IMG/VR virus record: IMGVR_UViG_3300037427_002598
Location: 5,120 to 69,119 of that record
Reading direction: 5' to 3' (one strand)
DNA: 64,000 nucleotides
DNA from: a virus
The position numbers and the translations under genes are program-made. The notes under the pieces were generated by a model, which was not told where the DNA came from, did no database searches, and saw only the letters and a program-made list of their open reading frames with translations. Below, piece after piece: positions 1-7,847 of the stretch. Numbering within the stretch: position 1 is the first letter of the stretch; every line of letters starts with the position of its first letter.

Positions 1-201
1 AAGATGTGGGTTGGTTTTAAATAAAGGTTTAAACGCATCTTTAATATGATCTACAGTTTTAAACTCTTTATGATTACGGCTAAAAGCACCGTCTTTTGTT
101 ATATAGCATCTAACCCCATCAAGTTTTGGTTGAATAAAAGAATCTACATTAAATTCTTTTTTTCCATAAGGGTGAGCTAGCATTACTTTAAAATCACTCA
201 T
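1..201 (-). CDS. lig: ATP-dependent DNA ligase, N-terminal part (continues beyond window edge)
   Basis: Manual translation MSDFKVMLAHPYGKKEFNVDSFIQPKLDGVRCYITKDGAFSRNHKEF contains the ligase motif I KxDGxR and the downstream SR motif; ATG overlaps the stop of the upstream ORF (ATGA). Not in the ORF track. Confidence 0.88.
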   Translation of the reverse strand, partial: MSDFKVMLAHPYGKKEFNVDSFIQPKLDGVRCYITKDGAFSRNHKEFKTVDHIKDAFKPLFKTNPHL

Positions 202-443
202 TTTTTGTATTTTTTATTAATTATTTCTATTTTTCTTTTAATAATAGCGGCTTTTTCATATTCTTCTTTGTCTTCATAACGTGACAAAAGACCATTAAGC
301 CGTTTTAATTCAATATCTATAACTTCATCTTCAGTCGGTCTGTATACTTCTAGAGTATCATGATTATCATAATATTCAGTAAAAGCTTTTAATACTCTAT
401 TAGCTATTTTATCTGCTAATCTATCTAATTCTCTTTCGTTCAT
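198..443 (-). CDS. Hypothetical protein with C-terminal UVR (UvrB/C)-like motif
   Basis: C-terminal EEYEKAAIIKRKI resembles the UVR coiled-coil motif; promoter-like motif directly upstream. Confidence 0.6.
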   Translation of the reverse strand: MNERELDRLADKIANRVLKAFTEYYDNHDTLEVYRPTEDEVIDIELKRLNGLLSRYEDKEEYEKAAIIKRKIEIINKKYKK

Positions 444-448
444 ACATA

Positions 449-473
449 TATATTATCTATATTAAACCGTATT
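449..473 (-). promoter_or_regulatory. Putative phage early promoter, copy 1
   Basis: Plus-strand TATATTATCT-N9-CGTATT, 6 nt upstream of the ATG at 443; one of six copies with identical spacing. Confidence 0.75.
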
Positions 474-926
474 TAGTTTATGATCTTTTATTTCATACTT
501 TTTAATCAATTGCTCAGCTGTACCTACAAACATGACATGCTTTTGCCATACATTATAGATAGATATATAAGTTGGTTCACCTTGTTTAGGATATAAAGTA
601 TAGATATATTCTTCTCCATAATCTCCAAGATCACCATTACATTCATAAAGATAAGTATATCCTACATCTTTTTTAAATTCCTGCACTATCTGAGCTGCAA
701 AACAACCCGGACCATTAGCATATTCACCTATTTTAACTGAACCTGAAATACCATTTATTATTTTAATTGGTTTTATAAATTCAGCTAATTTAACACCTAC
801 ATAAGATGGATAACCATCATATTGTTGGTACATATTTATGATTGACTTCTTGATCATCTCATGACCTTTGTCATAAGCAACACCTTCTTGTCTTGGTATT
901 ACTCTTGTTAAACTTCTAGTTCCCAT
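462..926 (-). CDS. Conserved phage early hypothetical protein (MGTR...YDGYP type)
   Basis: 154-aa ORF with MGTRS start and YQQYDGYPS motif typical of a widespread phage protein family. Confidence 0.7.
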   Translation of the reverse strand: MGTRSLTRVIPRQEGVAYDKGHEMIKKSIINMYQQYDGYPSYVGVKLAEFIKPIKIINGISGSVKIGEYANGPGCFAAQIVQEFKKDVGYTYLYECNGDLGDYGEEYIYTLYPKQGEPTYISIYNVWQKHVMFVGTAEQLIKKYEIKDHKLNTV

Positions 927-944
927 TTTATTATTTAAAGTTAG

Positions 945-1017
945 TTGCGAGGGGAGGATTCGAACCTCCGACCTTTGGGTTATGAGCCCAACGAGCTGGC
1001 CACTGCTCTACCTCGCT
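945..1017 (-). tRNA. tRNA-fMet (CAT), initiator type
   Basis: Reverse complement AGCGAGG TAGAGCAGTGGCCAGCTCG TTGGG CTCATAA CCCAA AGGTC GGAGG TTCGAAT CCTCC CCTCGCA A folds as a cloverleaf with CAT anticodon, three consecutive G-C pairs in the anticodon stem and a 1:72 mismatch; CCA is not encoded (followed by CTA). Confidence 0.93.
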
Positions 1018-1084
1018 ATAAGTAGGAAGTTGGAGAAAACTTGGCAAATCTTTTTATATTCTCTTTTTACGCCAGACATCCTTC

Positions 1085-1273
1085 CTATATATTTTCTGTG
1101 AGTCTATATATCTCACTTAATTTTTCTTCAGAATATTTAATTATTTTAGTTCCAACTCTTTCTCTATAATCTGAATCTTCTTCATGTTTTAATAAATATT
1201 CTAATTTTATTAAATCACCTTTTAAAATTCCTATCATATCTTGAATGTAAATCTTTGTGTTTTTTTTATTCAT
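1085..1273 (-). CDS. Hypothetical early protein
   Basis: 62-aa ORF directly downstream of promoter copy 2. Confidence 0.65.
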   Translation of the reverse strand: MNKKNTKIYIQDMIGILKGDLIKLEYLLKHEEDSDYRERVGTKIIKYSEEKLSEIYRLTENI

Positions 1274-1274
1274 T

Positions 1275-1309
1275 TATATTATCTTTATCAGCCCGTATTT
1301 ACTCTGTAT
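1275..1309 (-). promoter_or_regulatory. Putative phage early promoter, copy 2
   Basis: TATATTATCT-N9-CGTATT-N5-TGTAT on plus strand, abutting the ATG at 1273. Confidence 0.78.
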
Positions 1310-1562
1310 CTAATTCAACCAGTTTAGCAATATAATTCCAAGTATCAATTTGATTAATAGTTGCATTGATACATTTTTCTAATACTTCTGATGATACATT
1401 TCTTTTATTATCAGGATCAATTATAGCATTTTTAAGAGTTTCTAATTCTTCATTTAAACTAAATAATTTAGCAAATGCTTTATCAGAGGCTCTTTGGTTT
1501 AATGTTTCTGTATTTAGCTTAGGCATATCATCCAGCTTATTTTTTAGTTGTTTTAAATTCAT
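1299..1562 (-). CDS. Hypothetical early protein
   Basis: 87-aa helical ORF in a tightly packed minus-strand operon. Confidence 0.65.
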   Translation of the reverse strand: MNLKQLKNKLDDMPKLNTETLNQRASDKAFAKLFSLNEELETLKNAIIDPDNKRNVSSEVLEKCINATINQIDTWNYIAKLVELDTE

Positions 1563-1563
1563 A

Positions 1564-1776
1564 TTATATTTTTATCCAAGTTAAACCATTATAATTCAAC
1601 CATTTACTTACTCCATATATTTTAGTTTTTTCATATTCTTCTTTTTCTTCATTCCATTTCATATCTTCTTTAAACAGAAAAGAGAAAGTAGGAGGTAAAT
1701 CGCCTAATACATATCCTCTATAATACTTTTTATTTATAGATATTGTATTTTTATTAATTTTTTTTATTATGTTCAT
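1564..1776 (-). CDS. Hypothetical early protein
   Basis: 70-aa ORF, tightly packed with neighbours. Confidence 0.6.
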   Translation of the reverse strand: MNIIKKINKNTISINKKYYRGYVLGDLPPTFSFLFKEDMKWNEEKEEYEKTKIYGVSKWLNYNGLTWIKI

Positions 1777-1785
1777 ATTATAATT

Positions 1786-2007
1786 TTAAAATTCAAATCC
1801 ACTTGCATTCATTGCACTTCCAAACGTTTCGGGATTAGTAATAGCAGTAGCAAATACTACAATTATTCCAAAAATAGCAGTAATAGCTAATAGTCCAATC
1901 CAAGAATATACTAGTATTTCACTAATAGTTAAACCTTTTACAAAGTTATATTTTTTATTAACGTGAAATCCAATTCTAAATTTATCTTTTGTTGTTGTTA
2001 TTCTCAT
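1786..2007 (-). CDS. Hypothetical single-TM membrane protein
   Basis: Hydrophobic stretch ILVYSWIGLLAITAIFGIIVVFA; ATGA overlap with the upstream ORF. Confidence 0.65.
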   Translation of the reverse strand: MRITTTKDKFRIGFHVNKKYNFVKGLTISEILVYSWIGLLAITAIFGIIVVFATAITNPETFGSAMNASGFEF

Positions 2008-2219
2008 AATTTATTATATTTTATATTTAAAAAGTCTGTTATTGTTTTCATGATATCTTCTTTTTTATCTAATACCACTAATTTTCCTTCAATATTCACA
2101 TTCTCATCACTTTTATGATTCATATGAATTTCATATCTTTGATTATCTGCCCAGATATTTTCATCTGAGAGATTTATTATTTTAATAGTAATTTCATTGT
2201 TGGTTTTAAAATTTTCCAT
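2004..2219 (-). CDS. Hypothetical early protein
   Basis: 71-aa ORF with start/stop overlaps on both sides. Confidence 0.6.
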   Translation of the reverse strand: MENFKTNNEITIKIINLSDENIWADNQRYEIHMNHKSDENVNIEGKLVVLDKKEDIMKTITDFLNIKYNKL

Positions 2220-2428
2220 TATATAAATCTATTATATTTTAGCATATCAGCAACAGATCTATTAAATTCATTACATCTTTTTCTATAATTCTTATCCGTG
2301 AGCCATTTCACCCACCCATTTGTTCTAGTGCAAGTTCCAAATCTTTTTTGATGAGATAAAACCCTGTTAAGTTGTTCTTGCATTGATTCGATGCTTTTAT
2401 TTGTATGTTTATTATTAGTTATTGTCAT
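2219..2428 (-). CDS. Hypothetical early protein
   Basis: 69-aa ORF downstream of promoter copy 3. Confidence 0.65.
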   Translation of the reverse strand: MTITNNKHTNKSIESMQEQLNRVLSHQKRFGTCTRTNGWVKWLTDKNYRKRCNEFNRSVADMLKYNRFI

Positions 2429-2440
2429 ATTCTTATTTAT

Positions 2441-2475
2441 TATATTATCTATTTTTATTCGTATTTAGTTTGTAT
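2441..2475 (-). promoter_or_regulatory. Putative phage early promoter, copy 3
   Basis: TATATTATCT-N9-CGTATT-N5-TGTAT on plus strand. Confidence 0.78.
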
Positions 2476-2649
2476 TATTCTTCTCCACTTTGAAAAAGTT
2501 TATAAATTATAGCCATAAACAAAGCTACTAATAATAAAGTAATTATTGCTCCTTCCATTTATGTAATTTTATTATATTTATTCCAATATTCTCTTTCAAA
2601 TGCTTCAAATTCAGCACGAGAAAATTTAAACAATGTTATTCTTTTCGTT

Positions 2650-2985
2650 TTAGTCTTTTTTCTGTTGTATTCTTTCATAAATTTCTTCAGTTAAATTCAC
2701 ATTATTAAAAATGAGGTTATAAATAGCTGAATAAGCACATTGACTCCAATTATTATAAGGATAAAAGTCTTTTGTATCATCAAATATATCAAAATCTAAT
2801 TTATCTACTATTTCTTTAGCTTGTTGGGTATAAATTACCAAATTGTCTATTAATTCTGTAGTAAATTGGTATAATTCTTCTTCATCTGGAGTTAAATTAT
2901 CCATATAGATATATTCTTCTGCTACTTCATCTAATAAATCATTTAAAAGTGTTTTTTCTTCGTAATTTAAATCTGTATCTATCAT
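2650..2985 (-). CDS. Highly acidic early protein (possible DNA mimic)
   Basis: 111 aa, very D/E-rich, with IYT...A..I and aromatic residues reminiscent of Ocr-like helical DNA mimics; function is inference. Confidence 0.55.
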   Translation of the reverse strand: MIDTDLNYEEKTLLNDLLDEVAEEYIYMDNLTPDEEELYQFTTELIDNLVIYTQQAKEIVDKLDFDIFDDTKDFYPYNNWSQCAYSAIYNLIFNNVNLTEEIYERIQQKKD

Positions 2986-3152
2986 AATTCTATTTCTTTT
3001 ACTAATTTCTCAATTGATTCTACTTGTAATTTCAAAGGATTATCATCTGAACAAAATCCACTAATCATAGTCTTTAAGACATGCAATTTTCCTTCGATTT
3101 TTCCAAGTGTTCTACCATTTTTAAAATCCCATTTTGTGTTTTCTATTGTCAT
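2982..3152 (-). CDS. Small hypothetical protein (56 aa)
   Basis: Manual translation MTIENTKWDFKNGRTLGKIEGKLHVLKTMISGFCSDDNPLKLQVESIEKLVKEIEL; stop overlaps the next ATG. Confidence 0.55.
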   Translation of the reverse strand: MTIENTKWDFKNGRTLGKIEGKLHVLKTMISGFCSDDNPLKLQVESIEKLVKEIEL

Positions 3153-3258
3153 TTTATTTATTTTTATATATTGTTTCGTTTAATAGTTTGTCAATTATTA
3201 TTTCTTGATCAAATTCTTTTTCATCATAATACATCATATTATTTTATTTTATTGTTTA

Positions 3259-3300
3259 GTTGAGTAGTGAGAATCGAACTCACATAAACCATTTACTCAA
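3259..3300 (-). ncRNA. tRNA-like minihelix (acceptor stem plus T-arm only)
   Basis: Reverse complement TTGAGTA-AATGGTTTAT-GTGAG TTCGATT CTCAC-TACTCAA-C: perfect 7-bp acceptor stem, 5-bp T stem, canonical TTCGA loop, no D or anticodon arm. Confidence 0.6.
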
Positions 3301-3353
3301 TCATTCGTTAATATTTTTCAGAAGGCAACGAGTTTTATAAAACTTCTTTCAAT

Positions 3354-3378
3354 TATATTATCTATTTACTTTCGTATT
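3354..3378 (-). promoter_or_regulatory. Putative phage early promoter, copy 4 (upstream of minihelix)
   Basis: TATATTATCT-N9-CGTATT on plus strand; followed by non-coding sequence and the tRNA-like element rather than an immediate ATG. Confidence 0.72.
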
Positions 3379-3576
3379 CACTTCGTGATATAATTCTTCT
3401 AATACTCTTGTTTTTATATATTGTACTAATTCACAATATTCATCATTTTCTTTATCTTTAGAAAATTCTCCGTCAATTACCCACTCAATTGATTTTAATA
3501 AATCGTCATCAGTTTGTATTTTAACTCTATCAATCATTTCTCTTAATTCACTTGTTTTACTCATTTTCATATTCAT
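3358..3576 (-). CDS. Hypothetical early protein
   Basis: Acidic helical ORF of about 70 aa. Confidence 0.6.
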   Translation of the reverse strand: MNMKMSKTSELREMIDRVKIQTDDDLLKSIEWVIDGEFSKDKENDEYCELVQYIKTRVLEELYHEVNTKVNR

Positions 3577-3718
3577 TTATTAATCTTAATCTTATTTTTT
3601 GGGAAGTTTCTTCAGTAAATAATTCACTGTCATATCTATTTCTATATTCTTCAATTAAATCTTGTCTAGATATAATCTTATTGAAATCTACTATTTTTCC
3701 ATTTCTAATTTTCATTTA

Positions 3719-3859
3719 TTATTGTAGTTTATTATTAGTTTTTAATATTGAATCAATTTCTTTTTTATTTAAATTTAATTCTTTTTCATTTTCAAGATAG
3801 AAAAAGAAAGATTTAGTTATATTATTGTAGTCAGTTTGAGTTAATTTAATTGATTTCAT
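3719..3859 (-). CDS. Small hypothetical early protein (likely start MKSIKLTQ)
   Basis: ATG at 3859 lies just downstream of promoter copy 5; the track's longer start runs through the promoter. Confidence 0.55.
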   Translation of the reverse strand: MKSIKLTQTDYNNITKSFFFYLENEKELNLNKKEIDSILKTNNKLQ

Positions 3860-3874
3860 ATTATTATTATTTAT

Positions 3875-3909
3875 TATATTATCTATTAGACATCGTATTA
3901 ACATTGTAT
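3875..3909 (-). promoter_or_regulatory. Putative phage early promoter, copy 5
   Basis: TATATTATCT-N9-CGTATT-N5-TGTAT on plus strand. Confidence 0.78.
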
Positions 3910-4049
3910 TATACTATTGAATAATAAATTTCATCTAGATTATAATATTCTTTTATATTATTTTCTATCTCTTTTTTATTATTAATATTAGTTAAATACA
4001 TCTCGTCAATGTAATTATTATTGTCGTTATTGTAAATATATATAGTCAT
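3909..4049 (-). CDS. Small hypothetical early protein (46 aa)
   Basis: Manual translation MTIYIYNNDNNNYIDEMYLTNINNKKEIENNIKEYYNLDEIYYSIV, between promoter copies 6 and 5. Confidence 0.5.
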   Translation of the reverse strand: MTIYIYNNDNNNYIDEMYLTNINNKKEIENNIKEYYNLDEIYYSIV

Positions 4050-4063
4050 ATTTTATTGTTTAT

Positions 4064-4098
4064 TATATTATCTAATACACATCGTATTAAGATTGTAT
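4064..4098 (-). promoter_or_regulatory. Putative phage early promoter, copy 6
   Basis: TATATTATCT-N9-CGTATT-N5-TGTAT on plus strand. Confidence 0.78.
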
Positions 4099-4141
4099 AA
4101 AGGTGTAATTGTATTTGTATAATAAAAATGTTGAGTATGTA

Positions 4142-4512
4142 TACCACATGACATTGTGACATATAATAATAATTAATATGACAATATGGCATTGTGGTAA
4201 ATGAATTATAAATATAAATTATAATATAAGATAAAGAATTAGTTTTAGTTATATAGTCTAAACATTTTCATACATGTACAGAAAAAGCCGAAAACTTTTC
4301 ATAAAATTATGACAAAAAGGGGTCCGTGGGCCTAAATGAAAACCATTTTGGTAACTGGTTGATAATCAGGAGGATAGGTGAAATACAAAACCCCAATATA
4401 TCTTACAAACTAAATACGAGGTAAATAGTGACAATAGCTAATAAAGATAGGTTAAGTAGTACCCTAATGTCACACTTATGTAAATATACTGATTTATGCG
4501 TAAAAAATGACA
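4142..4512. repeat. Divergent non-coding region with imperfect palindrome and repeated TGACA
   Basis: TACCACA...TGTGGTA imperfect inverted repeat at 4142-4199; TGACA/TGTCA at 4149, 4157, 4179, 4310, 4429, 4468 and 4508. Confidence 0.5.
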
Positions 4513-4556
4513 ATTTCGTGTGAATATAGTAAGTATACACTTTAAATATAACAAAC

Positions 4557-4937
4557 ATGAAAGAACAACCACCTTTTTATAAGACTGGAACATCTCGTTC
4601 TCCTTTTAATAAACATGAACCAGGACATGAAGAACTACCTAAGCATCATGTAAAAGAAATGCAAAAGAATAAAAAATTTGTTCCAATTATAAATACTCCA
4701 GACCCTACAATATTAAATAAACATAAAGTAGATAAGACTAGAGCTTTAATGAAAAGCTTTTCAGGAGGAAAATATCAGGCAACGAGATTGGATATTCATA
4801 GAGATGCACCAAAACCACGTGGTGTAATTAAACCTAAAATTACAGCTTCCACAGAAATAAAACCATTACAATACAAGAGAGAAGGAGCTTTGAGAACAAG
4901 TAAGCATGTTAGCTTGAGCTCTACAAAAAAATCATAA
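4557..4937 (+). CDS. Basic low-complexity protein with SPF tag (putative internal head protein)
   Basis: First late-strand ORF; K/H/P-rich; PPFY...SPFNKH motif. Confidence 0.6.
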   Translation: MKEQPPFYKTGTSRSPFNKHEPGHEELPKHHVKEMQKNKKFVPIINTPDPTILNKHKVDKTRALMKSFSGGKYQATRLDIHRDAPKPRGVIKPKITASTEIKPLQYKREGALRTSKHVSLSSTKKS

Positions 4938-4940
4938 ATC

Positions 4941-5045
4941 ATGGCAGTAGATATTAGATTAGGGAGTTTAACTCCTACTGGAGTTTTCATAGGATCCCAA
5001 ACAGTAGTAAAAATATATTTAGGCGATATAGAAGTATATTCATAA
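4941..5045 (+). CDS. 34-aa fibre-associated peptide (IxLG...VxKIYLGxxxVY type)
   Basis: Manual translation MAVDIRLGSLTPTGVFIGSQTVVKIYLGDIEVYS; fills the gap exactly between two ORFs. Confidence 0.65.
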   Translation: MAVDIRLGSLTPTGVFIGSQTVVKIYLGDIEVYS

Positions 5046-5048
5046 AAT

Positions 5049-7841
5049 ATGGCAATAATAGATAAGTACCCGGCAGGAACACTCACAGCCTCTGATTATT
5101 TAATCGGTGTAGATGTTAGTGAGAAAAATGTCACAAGAAACATTCCAGTTAGTGAGATTTCTGCTGTTATACTTGCCGCTAAAGGGGTAAGTACGGTATC
5201 ATCTATTAAAACCACGAGTTCACCATTTGTAAATTTAGGACTTACCAAAGGCGGAATTGCAATACCAGCAATTACAACAACGGGTGTTATTACCCCTGTT
5301 ATATCCGCTACTGGTACCGCTTCAAGAAATACTTATTTAAGAGGTGATGGCACATGGTCTACACCCGGACCAGTACCTGAAGAACTTCCAATTAGAAAGG
5401 AAGGTTTCGATATTACAACAGTGGGTGGAGGAGCAGTAACTTTAGACTTTACAGACGGCGGAGTTGTTGCTTCAAATTTTTTAGATGCTGTCACAGTTAA
5501 GATCGAAGGGCCAAATGCAGTTGCAAATAATATAATACCTGGGGGTGGAATCTCAACGAGCGGACCCACTGGTGCAGTTACAATTACAAATGAAGGAGTA
5601 ACACAAGTTCAAGCGGGAGGTAATATAACATTAAGTGCAACAAGTGGTGATAATGTGAAAATTAGTTCAACTGCAAATCCTGGTACTGTTACTGGATTTT
5701 CAAGTGGTCCTGGCTTAACTGAACCTGTATTGGGTAAATTAGCAGTATCTTACTCAGGAACTGGTAATATTATAGAATCAATAGGTAGCAATGCACATAT
5801 TGGTCTTAATGATGAAATATCATTTAATCAAACAACTTCTAGTATTGTAAAAAATACACAACCAAGAGATTTTACCCAAGACATGTTAGTCAAGGTTAAG
5901 GAAGATATAGACAGTGGAGATGAACATAAAGTATTAAATAACAATGACACTTATAACACTACAGCTGTTGCTAAATATGCAGTTACTTTAACTCAATCTC
6001 AATATAATACAATACCTACTAAAGATCCTAATACTTTATATATAATAATTGGGGAAACAGGGGAATTTACAGTTACAGCAGAATATGATGTTTCAGGTTT
6101 AATAGTAAATGGTGGACCATGTGATAGTTCTTATAGTTTTGATCCTCCCCTGCCACAATCAATTACAGGGCCTACTGGCACACCTTATGATTTTTTAACT
6201 ACTTTAATTTTTGCTCCAGGTACTAGTTACAGTGGTATGGGTCCTGCTTTTGGGACGGCGGGAAGTATAGGTTCTGCAAATTCTACAGCTACTATAGCAA
6301 TAACTGGTACAATTACTTGCCCTGTTATTCCAAGTGTAAGAGCTTTACTTGACATTAATTTACAAGGAAATATCACAGATGGATTAAATACAGTTTGGGA
6401 ATATGATACATCACACGCATTACCTGGCGCTTTTGATCCCGCAAGTGGATATTCAACAACACTTCCATATAATTATTCATTTGGACCACTTATAAAAATA
6501 AAAGATACAAATACATATAAATGGAGTGTAAATCCAACATATGATGGGGGAGCATGGGGAGCAGCGTGGGCCAGTGGATCAATTACAACAACCGCACCTT
6601 CTACTACTATCACTGTTACTCACAATATTGATGCTACTTGGGATTATGTAGAATATCCTGCAAATATTGTAGTTGATACTTCAAGAATAACACTTGATAC
6701 AACAGGTAGTTGTCAAGGATCAGGCGTAGCTCCAGCTGACTCTTATAATTTAAGTCCAATGATAGTAGCTACTCCAACTAGATTAGCAGGACAAGGAGAT
6801 AATGTAATAGCTAGATATAATGAAACTGTTACTTGGGGAGTTCAAACATTAACAGCTAGTTCTCCAGATTATACAATTACATCAGCACTTACGTATGAAG
6901 ATGCATCAGGCGCTGCATTAACACCCGCAGATTTAAAAGTTATTGCTACATTAACAACTGGTAATACAGTTACTGTATATGCAAAAGCTTTACTATGTAA
7001 TGATCCAGCTGCTAAACCTCTTGAATATAGAATGCTTGATGCTTATACTGCGGCATCAACAGGAGTTACTTTTAGCGGTGGTTTTAATCCCGTAAGTATA
7101 GCTAATTTAACAATTACTCCAAACGCTCCATGTTCTTTTGCGCCGGCCTGTACTGCGGGTCAACAAAAAATTAACGGGGCTATAGGAGAAAGTTATAGTT
7201 ATGCTCCAATTAGTGTTGTTAACGACGCTGGAACTTTTTGGAATCAAGCAAGTAATACATATACTATTACTCCTGGTGCTACATTAAGCGGAACTTTTGG
7301 TACAACGCCTGCAGCTTCAGGAACCGGTACTCAAGGTGATCCAAAAGTAGAAACATTATCAATTACAGGGCCGTTATCTCGTAGCAGTGCACGTTTAACA
7401 GTAATTTCTAGTTTAGGACAAGTAGTAGATGGAGGTGATGTAGAAAATATTACATATGAAGTATATATAAAAGGATTAAATTCAGATGGAAGTTATTTAG
7501 ATGGCACTGGTTCTAGTTCTGGACAAATGAGTATTACTCAAACCACTCCTGGCACAACAAGTCCTAGTTTTTCTATTCAATATGGAGATGCTGGAGCAGT
7601 GGAATGGATAATTACCAGAACATCACCTGCTCAAACTGAAGCAGCTTTTGATGGGTATTTTAAATTTTCTGTTTCAGATGATGGCATTAGTTATACAGAA
7701 GTAAAAAATATACCTTTTTTAGCAACACAAGATATACATAATTTAGATGGCACAGGAGGTTGGCCAACTTATACTTTCACAGGGCTTGTAAGGACATTTG
7801 CAACAACAAAATATATGAAATTAGAAATATCAGAAATATAA
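5049..7841 (+). CDS. Tail fibre / virion fibre protein 1
   Basis: 930 aa, G/T/S-rich beta repeats (GVTQVQAGGNITLS), YLRGDGTW motif, LTQSQYNTIPTKDPNTLYII motif; N-terminus paralogous to the next two ORFs. Confidence 0.8.
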   Translation: MAIIDKYPAGTLTASDYLIGVDVSEKNVTRNIPVSEISAVILAAKGVSTVSSIKTTSSPFVNLGLTKGGIAIPAITTTGVITPVISATGTASRNTYLRGDGTWSTPGPVPEELPIRKEGFDITTVGGGAVTLDFTDGGVVASNFLDAVTVKIEGPNAVANNIIPGGGISTSGPTGAVTITNEGVTQVQAGGNITLSATSGDNVKISSTANPGTVTGFSSGPGLTEPVLGKLAVSYSGTGNIIESIGSNAHIGLNDEISFNQTTSSIVKNTQPRDFTQDMLVKVKEDIDSGDEHKVLNNNDTYNTTAVAKYAVTLTQSQYNTIPTKDPNTLYIIIGETGEFTVTAEYDVSGLIVNGGPCDSSYSFDPPLPQSITGPTGTPYDFLTTLIFAPGTSYSGMGPAFGTAGSIGSANSTATIAITGTITCPVIPSVRALLDINLQGNITDGLNTVWEYDTSHALPGAFDPASGYSTTLPYNYSFGPLIKIKDTNTYKWSVNPTYDGGAWGAAWASGSITTTAPSTTITVTHNIDATWDYVEYPANIVVDTSRITLDTTGSCQGSGVAPADSYNLSPMIVATPTRLAGQGDNVIARYNETVTWGVQTLTASSPDYTITSALTYEDASGAALTPADLKVIATLTTGNTVTVYAKALLCNDPAAKPLEYRMLDAYTAASTGVTFSGGFNPVSIANLTITPNAPCSFAPACTAGQQKINGAIGESYSYAPISVVNDAGTFWNQASNTYTITPGATLSGTFGTTPAASGTGTQGDPKVETLSITGPLSRSSARLTVISSLGQVVDGGDVENITYEVYIKGLNSDGSYLDGTGSSSGQMSITQTTPGTTSPSFSIQYGDAGAVEWIITRTSPAQTEAAFDGYFKFSVSDDGISYTEVKNIPFLATQDIHNLDGTGGWPTYTFTGLVRTFATTKYMKLEISEI

Positions 7842-7847
7842 AAACAC

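Noticed and set aside
1366-3800. Plus-strand ORFs 1366, 3081 and 3552 in the early region
   Set aside because: Antisense to a tightly packed minus-strand operon; F/L/S-rich composition is typical of shadow frames.
449-4098. Repeated motif considered as a CRISPR array
   Set aside because: Copies are degenerate, irregularly spaced by hundreds of bases and separated by genes; no cas genes. A promoter fits better.
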